Positions 55,197 to 61,915 of a stretch of 64,000 bases of DNA are shown here, piece by piece. A program made the translations under genes and the position numbers. Origin of the DNA: Methanobacteriota archaeon. GTDB taxonomy: Archaea > Thermoplasmatota > Thermoplasmata > RBG-16-68-12 > JAJISG01. The first letter of the stretch is position 1. Each line of letters opens with the position of its first letter. Below the pieces are notes generated by a model. That model was not told where the DNA came from. It made no database searches and saw only the letters and a program-made list of their open reading frames with translations. Where the stretch lies: NCBI GenBank assembly GCA_030594205.1, contig JAUVFR010000003.1, forward strand, positions 19,489 to 83,488, in the 5' to 3' direction.

Positions 55197-55498
55197 ATGG
55201 AACGGTGGCTAGCGGTGGCACGGACCGACGATCTCCGAGCCGGGGAGGCGTCGTCGAGAGAGAAGGTCTCTCTCTTGCCGTGTACAACGTCGATGGGACC
55301 TTCCATGTGACTGACAACACGTGTCTGCATCGGGGCGGTCCCCTGGGAGATGGGTTCCTTGAGGGACCCTTGATCACTTGTCCGCGGCACGGATGGCAGT
55401 ACGACGTGCCGACCGGCCACAATCTTGGGAATCGCGCCCTCCGGGTGAAGACCTATCCGGTCCTCGTGGAGGACGGCAAGGTTAGGATTCGAATCTGA
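55197..55498 (+). pseudogene. Rieske [2Fe-2S] ferredoxin (NirD-like), N-terminus in a different frame
   Basis: ORF 55205..55498 carries CLHRGGPL...CPRHGWQY. The expected N-terminus MERWLAVARTDDLRAGEA is encoded from ATG 55197 in another frame, with the junction near 55249. Confidence 0.7.
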
Positions 55499-55520
55499 GC
55501 GTACAGCGTCGGCCGTGCGG

Positions 55521-55941
55521 TTACGGCATCGGGGGTGCGGCTTCCAGGGCCCGGACGTCGTAGGTTACCTCGCCCCCCCGCGTTGTGGAGCATGATGCTG
55601 ACGGAGCAGTACTTCTCCGCCATGGCCACTGCCAAAAGGAGTCTCTGTTCGCTGAGTCCCTGGCCCGTGATCTCGTGGGTGAGGTGGACCTGGGTGTACA
55701 CCTTCGGCTCGGTTTCCGTCTCCTCCGCTTCGACCCTGAGCTGGATTTCACCCCATTCGATCTTCATCAGCCGGAGCACGTGCTTGAGAAGCGCGAAGTG
55801 GCATCCCCCAAGGGAGGTGAGAATGAGGGCCATGGGGGGCGGCCCTCCCTTCCCCCTCGCATCGACCTCCAGTGCGTGCCCGAAGGTCCGGACTTCCATT
55901 CGGTCATCCGGCCATGCGGAGGCCTCGGCCTTGACCTTCAC
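55521..55941 (-). CDS. OsmC/Ohr family peroxiredoxin; C-terminus shifted by a G7 run (C7 on the plus strand)
   Basis: LGGCHFALL and EKYCSVS active-site cysteines. After the run at 55573..55579 the family-typical ending GGEVTYDVRALEAAPPMP-stop is in the -1 frame. As sequenced, the ORF runs on to 55453. Confidence 0.7.
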
Positions 55942-56157
55942 AGCACTTAGGCCTTTTCACCGTGGACCTCGGCGTGATGCTTTCAATGCTCTTCCTCGGT
56001 CCCGAAGGCCATCCCGCAACACTTGTATTCTCCCATGTGATGAACGGAGCCTGCCCGGCCTCCTTGATTCTCGTCCTCCAACCCTCGAACCTCGGCAGGT
56101 GCACGGGTCGCACGCCCAGACAGACGTTGCCGGGGGGTGATAATTGGACCGGAACGC

Positions 56158-56164
56158 TTTAATA
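56158..56164 (+). promoter_or_regulatory. TATA box candidate for wHTH gene 2 and its uORF
   Basis: TTTAATA is centred about 33 nt upstream of a 9-codon uORF (ATG 56194) that ends in an ATGA overlap with the main ATG at 56220. Confidence 0.35.
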
Positions 56165-56219
56165 GCAAACATCAGCATCCGCCGTTTCCCCTCATGGATG
56201 GGATGGTGGAGAGAGGGCG

Positions 56220-56567
56220 ATGAATCCGTTACAGGCGTCACAGCTTCTTACCGACGAGTACAGCGCGAAGATACTGCTGGCCACCTACAAGCGCAAGATT
56301 AGCGCCCAAGAGATCAGCGCCCGGTACGGCATTCCCATCGCCGCCTGTTATCGGAAAATCCGAGTGCTCGAGGAGGCCAGCCTTATCGAGTGTGTCGATC
56401 GCGTTCTCACCCAGAAGGGGAAGCGCAAGAATCTTTACACCTCCAAGTTGCGGAACGCCTACATCTTCTTCGAGAGCGGGCGATTACGGGCCCGCTTCCA
56501 GCTCATCACCGGGGTCGTCAAGGACTTCGGCGGCGACTGGACGGGCGTGGACGTGCTCGAGGAGTAG
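56220..56567 (+). CDS. small winged helix-turn-helix (ArsR-like) transcriptional regulator (paralogue)
   Basis: LLTDEYSAKILLATYKRKISAQEISARYGIPIAACYRKIRVLEEASLIEC aligns residue for residue with 53748..54089. Confidence 0.7.
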   Translation: MNPLQASQLLTDEYSAKILLATYKRKISAQEISARYGIPIAACYRKIRVLEEASLIECVDRVLTQKGKRKNLYTSKLRNAYIFFESGRLRARFQLITGVVKDFGGDWTGVDVLEE

Positions 56568-56682
56568 AGCCGGCGCGCCGGGCGGAGACCTACTCTGGCG
56601 CCTCCTTCGTCCTGCCCTTGATTCTCTGACTTGATAACAGGGCCTGACTCTTTAAGTACGCTCGAGACCAGACGAATTTCTC

Positions 56683-56805
56683 ATGAGGATACGCTTCCGG
56701 AAAATCCTCCCAGACGGTCGGAGCGTCCGGTTTGAGAAGGAGAAGGACACCCTGACCCTGAACATCATCGTCTGGAAGGATCGAGTTCGAAGCGGCACGA
56801 GCTAG
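56683..56805 (+). CDS. candidate 40-aa small protein on a leaderless transcript
   Basis: MRIRFRKILPDGRSVRFEKEKDTLTLNIIVWKDRVRSGTS. G/C occupies 31 of 40 third positions, against 20 of 40 for the overlapping antisense track ORF 56590..56829. A TTTAAGTA box lies about 26 nt upstream. Confidence 0.3.
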   Translation: MRIRFRKILPDGRSVRFEKEKDTLTLNIIVWKDRVRSGTS

Positions 56806-57003
56806 GACGGTCGGGCGTCCGGGTGCCACAGGGTCTGGATTCGTCGCCCTGGGGCGACTACCCTGCCTCTCCCATCCTCCGACATTGAGTCCACCTTCTT
56901 CCCCTTTCCTCCGAGGTGTCGCCTTCTCGTCTTATTCACGCGGACACGAGGTCGCGGACATGGCAAGACGGGGGGAGTCTGTCCGAGATCCCGATGTCCT
57001 AAC

Positions 57004-57684
57004 CTACTCCAGCTCCACATCGGCACCCGGCGCGAGGCGATACCCGTCAGGCTGCTGGGTCGCCTTGCCGGTTTCTGCAAGCTCCATCAGGGTCCCCTCG
57101 ATGACATCGAAGGAGAGGTCGAGCTGGAAACTCGCATGGAGAGTGTCCTTGATTTCTGCGACAGACCGTGTCGTCCCATCCAGCGCCTTCGGGATGATGG
57201 TGCGAAGGTCCTCGTGTAGGTTCCACGGGAAGATGAACCAGGTCCACTCTTCCTTCGGCACCTCGACCTCATAGAAATCAGGTCTGAATTCTGAATGGGT
57301 GATGTGGAGCAAGGTGGCGCTGCGAAGCTCGGACGGGCCGGCCTTGTCCACGTGCCGCGTGGCAAGTTCGAGACTCTCACCTGTGTCCGTGATGTCGTCT
57401 ACGATGAGGACCTTCCTGCCGGCGATGTCGGTCGTGAGTCCTTGGATGAGACGTGCCTTGCCGTCGGGCTGCGCGGTGATGCCCCAGTGTTCCACCTTGA
57501 CGGCATAGAGCCGTTTGATCCCGAGCAGGTCGCATAGCAGTCGGGCAGCCACCCACCCGCCGCGGGTCAGGCCGACGATAACATCCGGCTGGAAGTCGCT
57601 CTGCTTGATCTTCGCGCCCACCGCGAACGCCCAATTCGCGATCTCGTCCCAGGTCACAATCCGGCAGCGAAAGGGGTCCTCCAT
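57004..57684 (-). CDS. xanthine/hypoxanthine-guanine phosphoribosyltransferase (Gpt-like) with extra C-terminal domain
   Basis: IVTWDEI, VGLTRGGWVAARLL, VLIVDDITDTGES (PRPP loop) and WFIFPWN parallel Gpt. A ~60-aa C-terminal extension is present. Confidence 0.8.
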   Translation of the reverse strand: MEDPFRCRIVTWDEIANWAFAVGAKIKQSDFQPDVIVGLTRGGWVAARLLCDLLGIKRLYAVKVEHWGITAQPDGKARLIQGLTTDIAGRKVLIVDDITDTGESLELATRHVDKAGPSELRSATLLHITHSEFRPDFYEVEVPKEEWTWFIFPWNLHEDLRTIIPKALDGTTRSVAEIKDTLHASFQLDLSFDVIEGTLMELAETGKATQQPDGYRLAPGADVELE

Positions 57685-57711
57685 GGTGTCGTCCTCCTGC
57701 GTGCGCCCGGC

Positions 57712-58572
57712 TCAGACCTCCGCGCCTTCCAGCGCGCTTGCGCAGATGCACGAGCGGTCTTCAGGGATGGTGGGAACCGCTTTCGCGAGCAGTGATTGCG
57801 ACTTGCTCTGGTTCTCGGCGAGGGTCTTCAGGATGCCCCGGACATCCACCGGTTTCTCAGCCCAGACGTCGTAATCCGTGACCATGGCGATGCCGAGGTA
57901 GCAAATTTCCATTTCGCGGGCGAGCTGTGCTTCGGGGCAGGCCGTCATGCCGATGATTTCCGCGAACTGACGAAACATCCTGCTCTCGGCTCGAGTGGAG
58001 AAACGCGGACCTTCGATGCACACGTAGGTGCCCTCCTCATGGACCGACAGCCCCAGCGCCCTCGCGTGGCCGATGAAGTGCTCGCGAAGCGTCGGACAGA
58101 ACGGGTCGGCGAGAGAGACGTGGACGGTGGTACCTCCGTCATAGAACGTATATTCCCGATTCTTCGTCTGGTCGATGAACTGGTCAGGGAACACAAAATC
58201 CCCTGGCTTGTACCCCTCTTTCAACGAGCCCACCGCGTTCGGGGAGACGATGCGACGGACGCCGAGGTAGTGAAGGGCCCAGACATTTGCGCGGTAGTTG
58301 ATGGCATGCGGCGGGATGGTGTGCCCCTTCCCGTGCCGGGGGAGGAAAGCGATCGGAGTCCCCTGAAAGTCCCCCAGATCGATGGCCGCGGACGGGGGAC
58401 CGTACGGCGTGGTGACCTTCACCGAGCGGAGGTCGCTCACTTGGGAAGCGTCGTAGACTCCGGTCCCGCCGATGATGCCGATGGGGGCAAGCCCGTCTAG
58501 GGGTGGTGTTGCGAGCGAGATCCGATCCCCGTTCGACGAAACGGGGCACTCCCTCAAATAGGCGGCGGGCAC
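57712..58572 (-). CDS. mtnP: S-methyl-5'-thioadenosine phosphorylase
   Basis: IGIIGGTGVY, FLPRHGKGHTIPPHAINYRANVWAL, GPRFSTRAES and GMTACPEAQLAREMEICY are MTAP (PNP family 2) signatures. Confidence 0.88.
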   Translation of the reverse strand: MPAAYLRECPVSSNGDRISLATPPLDGLAPIGIIGGTGVYDASQVSDLRSVKVTTPYGPPSAAIDLGDFQGTPIAFLPRHGKGHTIPPHAINYRANVWALHYLGVRRIVSPNAVGSLKEGYKPGDFVFPDQFIDQTKNREYTFYDGGTTVHVSLADPFCPTLREHFIGHARALGLSVHEEGTYVCIEGPRFSTRAESRMFRQFAEIIGMTACPEAQLAREMEICYLGIAMVTDYDVWAEKPVDVRGILKTLAENQSKSQSLLAKAVPTIPEDRSCICASALEGAEV

Positions 58573-58589
58573 GGGGCGACGGGCCAGGG

Positions 58590-59135
58590 TTACATGCGGG
58601 GGACGACCTTCCCGCCGACAACCTCAACCCGGAGGAGCGTCTGGATGGGAACTCCCAAGCTCTTCTCCAGCGCCGCCTTGTCCTTGTGCTTGTCGAAGAC
58701 AATCAGGATGTCGACGATGTGGGCACCCACCTGGCGTAGCGCATCCACCAGGGCCCGGAGGGTCCCCCCGGTGCTAATGACGTCGTCCACGATGACCACG
58801 CGTTCCCCCTTCTCCACGTAGTTCAGATACATGTCCCCTCGGGAGTACCCTGTGACCTGGTGAACGAGGACCTCTCCCGGTAGACCGTACTCCTTCTTGC
58901 GAACGAAAACGTAGGGCTTCCCCGTCCGCAAGCTGAGGAGGGCCGCCAAAGGAAAGCCCATCGCCTCCGCCGTGACGATCTTATCGCAATCGAAGTTCCC
59001 GGCATCCAGGAGGGCGTCCACCACCTCCTCCACGAGGGCCGGGTCCGCCGGAGGAACGCCATCGGTGATCGGGTGAAGGAAGTACTCATACTCCCCGAAT
59101 CGGACCACCGGACTGTCTTCCAGACTCTTCCGCAA
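58590..59135 (-). CDS. purine phosphoribosyltransferase family protein (archaeal Hpt/Apt-like)
   Basis: IVTAEAMGFPLAAL and the PRPP loop VVIVDDVISTGGT. The size and layout are those of archaeal hypoxanthine/guanine PRTases. The start is TTG 59135 or GTG 59108. Confidence 0.8.
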   Translation of the reverse strand: MRKSLEDSPVVRFGEYEYFLHPITDGVPPADPALVEEVVDALLDAGNFDCDKIVTAEAMGFPLAALLSLRTGKPYVFVRKKEYGLPGEVLVHQVTGYSRGDMYLNYVEKGERVVIVDDVISTGGTLRALVDALRQVGAHIVDILIVFDKHKDKAALEKSLGVPIQTLLRVEVVGGKVVPRM

Positions 59136-59149
59136 CCGATTGAGCAGCT

Positions 59150-60403
59150 TTACCTCTCCCTCAACGCCTCGGCCCGGGCCCGCGCCCCCTCAATGATCTC
59201 AGCTTCCCCTTCCACATGCCCTTCGCGCATGAGGATCCGCCCGTCGCAGATTACCGTGTCCACCATGGACCCGTTCGCGGCGTAGGCCAGCAGGGAGGTC
59301 AGGTCGTGACGGGGAACAAGCTGGGGATGTGTAAGGTCGACAAGGATGAGGTCGGCAAGCTTGCCTTCTTGCAAGCGGCCGGCGGGGAGTCCGAGGGCGT
59401 CGGCGCCCCCCTCGGTGGCCATGTTCCAGGCCTCCCCGGCCGGGAGGACTCTGGCATCGTTTGTGTCGAATTTCTGCAAGAGGCAGGCCTGTTTGATTTC
59501 CTCAAACAGGTCCAGGTTGTCGTTCGATGCGGCTCCGTCCGTCCCGAGCCCCATCGTCACCCCCGCGGATCGCAAGGATGGATAGGGGAAGGCCCGCCCC
59601 ACGGAGAGCTTCATGTTGGAGGTGGGGTTGTGGATGGCGCTCGCCCCCCGCTCGCCTAGGATGCGAGCATCTCGGTCGCTGAGCCAGACGCAGTGCGCGG
59701 CCACGAGCCAGTCCCCGAGGAACCCCATCTCGTCGAGGGCTCGGACGGGCCCCTTCCCGTATCGCTCTCGGGACGCCTCGACCTCCCTCTCCGTTTCCGC
59801 CAGGTGGAAGTGGACTTTGACGCCCTCTTCCACGGCCAGGCTCTTGGCCGATCCCAGGGTTCCTTCGGAGACGGTGTCCATGTTGTGGGGGCCCACGGCC
59901 GCCAGAATGCGGGGGTTCCGCAGATTCCGGACGAAACGGAGGAAGCCCTCCGTGGCCTTTAGCTCCGTCTCGGCCTTCCTTTCGTCGAAACGGTCGATGA
60001 TGCCGTAGGACAAGACGGCCCGGAGGCCCATATCCGCGACGGCCCGGGCGGCCTCCTCCATGAAGAAGTACATGTCGTTGAACGTCGTCGTACCGCTCCG
60101 AATCATCTCAAGGCACGCGAGCTTGGTCCCCCAGTAGATGTCCTCGGGCCGAAATTTCGCCTCCTGGGGCCAGATCCGCTGCTCCAACCAGTCCTGGAGG
60201 TTCATGTCGTCGGCGTAGCTCCGAAGCAAGGTCATGGCCGCATGGGTATGCCCGTTGACGAGGCCCGGGAGGCAGGCCATGTCCCTGCCGTCGATGACGA
60301 CATCGGCCTCTTGACGTCGTCCGATTTCCGCGATACGTTCATCCTCAACGTACACGTCCTGCGGGGCTCCGTCCACGAGGGAATCACGAATGAGTATGCT
60401 CAC
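59150..60403 (-). CDS. mtaD: amidohydrolase, 5-methylthioadenosine/S-adenosylhomocysteine deaminase-like
   Basis: PGLVNGHTHAAM, VKVHFHLAET, AAHCVWL and GLGTDGAASNDNLDLFEE are MtaD/guanine-deaminase-type metal and catalytic motifs. The GTG start overlaps the upstream stop (GTGA). Confidence 0.85.
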   Translation of the reverse strand: MSILIRDSLVDGAPQDVYVEDERIAEIGRRQEADVVIDGRDMACLPGLVNGHTHAAMTLLRSYADDMNLQDWLEQRIWPQEAKFRPEDIYWGTKLACLEMIRSGTTTFNDMYFFMEEAARAVADMGLRAVLSYGIIDRFDERKAETELKATEGFLRFVRNLRNPRILAAVGPHNMDTVSEGTLGSAKSLAVEEGVKVHFHLAETEREVEASRERYGKGPVRALDEMGFLGDWLVAAHCVWLSDRDARILGERGASAIHNPTSNMKLSVGRAFPYPSLRSAGVTMGLGTDGAASNDNLDLFEEIKQACLLQKFDTNDARVLPAGEAWNMATEGGADALGLPAGRLQEGKLADLILVDLTHPQLVPRHDLTSLLAYAANGSMVDTVICDGRILMREGHVEGEAEIIEGARARAEALRER

Positions 60404-61110
60404 GCCGCGGCCTCCACGAACGTCTGGAGTACGCCCTGGACGACCCTCGCATTCGCTTCCTGCGTCCGGCAGATGTCCTCGAACGTGAGCGGTTCTTTCG
60501 TGATTCCATGGGAATAGTTGTCCACGCTGCAGAGACTCGCGTAGCGGAGGTCTAACTCCTGGGCGAGGGTGGCCTCCGTCGCCATGGTCATCCCCACGAT
60601 GTCTCCAAACTTCCGCAAGACACGAACCTCCGCCTTCGTCTCGAGGCGCGGTCCCCGTGTCTGCACGTAAACCCCCCCATCACGGACGGGCACGCTCCGA
60701 GTCTTGGCGGCCCGGACAAGCTGCTGACGAAGACCCGGATCCAGGGTGGGCGTGATGTGTTGCACCTGGTCATCGAAGTAGGTGGGAATTTCCCAGAAGG
60801 AGACGTAGTCGTCAGGAACCACGAGGTTGCCAGGAGCGATCTCCGCCTGCAGCGACCCCACCGAGCAGCTGCCCACCACCGCCGACGCCCCGGCCTCCTT
60901 CAGCGCCCAGAGGTTGGCCCGGTGGTTGATGCGATGCGGGGGAATCTGATGATCCGCGCCGTGGCGCGCCAAGAAAGCGACTCGTTCGCCCGTCTCCACG
61001 GCGGACGAGGGGGGCCCATGGGGTGTATCGACCTCGCTCTCTTCGGACGTACGAAAGACGTTCGACCGTGACAGGCCCGAACCGCCGATGATACCGAGGC
61101 GGGTGATCAC
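60400..61110 (-). CDS. MTAP-family purine nucleoside phosphorylase (second paralogue)
   Basis: LGIIGGSGL, FLARHGADHQIPPHRINHRANLWAL, GPRLETKAE and GMTMATEATLAQELDLRY. GTG at 61110 lies about 26 nt downstream of a TATA-like box. Confidence 0.85.
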   Translation of the reverse strand: MITRLGIIGGSGLSRSNVFRTSEESEVDTPHGPPSSAVETGERVAFLARHGADHQIPPHRINHRANLWALKEAGASAVVGSCSVGSLQAEIAPGNLVVPDDYVSFWEIPTYFDDQVQHITPTLDPGLRQQLVRAAKTRSVPVRDGGVYVQTRGPRLETKAEVRVLRKFGDIVGMTMATEATLAQELDLRYASLCSVDNYSHGITKEPLTFEDICRTQEANARVVQGVLQTFVEAAA

Positions 61111-61132
61111 CTGGCGCGAGAATCGTCCTGTT

Positions 61133-61140
61133 GATAAAAG
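61133..61140 (-). promoter_or_regulatory. TATA box candidate for the purine/MTA salvage operon (leaderless geometry)
   Basis: The minus strand reads CTTTTATC, centred about 26 nt upstream of the GTG at 61110. The same octamer occurs upstream of the STAND gene (61886-61893). Confidence 0.4.
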
Positions 61141-61143
61141 GTT

Positions 61144-61311
61144 TCACGACCAGTCGCGTCTCAGGATAAGGTAACCAAGGAGCGTTAGGAGGAACGATGC
61201 CAGGATTGCAAGAAGGAATCCGCTCGGCCCCAACTGGAGTACGGAGATGAAGAGGAACGAGAGGGGAAAGATGCCCGCGAGAAAGAGAGTGAGGAAGAAC
61301 CATAACCTCAT
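61144..61311 (-). CDS. candidate 55-aa two-TM membrane peptide
   Basis: MRLWFFLTLFLAGIFPLSFLFISVLQLGPSGFLLAILASFLLTLLGYLILRRDWS, from the ATG at 61311. In the track it is fused in-frame to the ALDH relic (ORF 61144..61755). Confidence 0.3.
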   Translation of the reverse strand: MRLWFFLTLFLAGIFPLSFLFISVLQLGPSGFLLAILASFLLTLLGYLILRRDWS

Positions 61312-61392
61312 TCGCTGATCGAATTCAATGAAGGTCAGTCCTCGCCACCAGAAGACGCCATTGGGGAGCCGGAGGTCCCAGCGCGATCTTCC

Positions 61393-61743
61393 CCAAAGAG
61401 GGTTGATCAGGACGTTTTTCACGCGCGAGTAATGGTAGACGGCCTCCAGGCCCTGCTCCCTCCCAATGCCGCTCTCCTTGTATCCGCCAAAGGGTGTCTG
61501 GGGGAAGGTGATAGGGTACTCGTTCACAGAGACGATCCCCGCCTGCAAGCGGGCCGCCATCCGATGGTCCCGTGCCAAGTCTCGGGTCCACACGCCGGCG
61601 CACAAACCGAAGCCGCCGCATCGACATCCGCCTTCCCCCCTGGGCAACCTCCGCGATCGGTTCATTGGTCGCGGGGTCGAGACTCTCGAAGGTGGCTTCG
61701 CTCTGGCTCTCCTGCCAGGCCCGTTGATGATGAGAGGGTACCG
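61393..61743 (-). pseudogene. aldehyde dehydrogenase relic: N-terminal ~45 aa joined to C-terminal ~70 aa, frameshifted
   Basis: The C-terminal piece GLCAGVWTRDLARDHRMAARLQAGIVSVNEYPITFPQTPFGGYKESGIGREQGLEAVYHYSRVKNV is in one frame. The N-terminal piece LIING / WQESQSEATFESLDPATNEPIAEVAQGG / KADVDAAA is spread over three frames. Confidence 0.65.
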
Positions 61744-61886
61744 GTCGATCCCCATGTCACGTTCCCCGTGGTTCTGCTAGCCTCGTTTCCTCTTGAGCCG
61801 GTTGTCGAAGTGGAAAGAGGCTCGCGCAGGCGGCTCGCAGACGGGGGAGATGGCCAACTTTGGAACATTCCGGGTCTGAAGAACCC

Positions 61887-61892
61887 TTTTAT
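61887..61892 (+). promoter_or_regulatory. TATA box candidate for the STAND NTPase gene (leaderless geometry)
   Basis: CTTTTATC is centred about 26 nt upstream of the ATG at 61916. Confidence 0.4.
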
Positions 61893-61915
61893 CCTGAGAC
61901 ATCGTTTCTAAGGGC

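Noticed and set aside
56590-56829. 79-aa minus-strand ORF as a real gene.
   Set aside because: It has a low G/C share at third positions compared with the plus-strand 40-aa ORF it overlaps, no motif, and no promoter-like element upstream. It is kept only as the alternative hypothesis in the finding.
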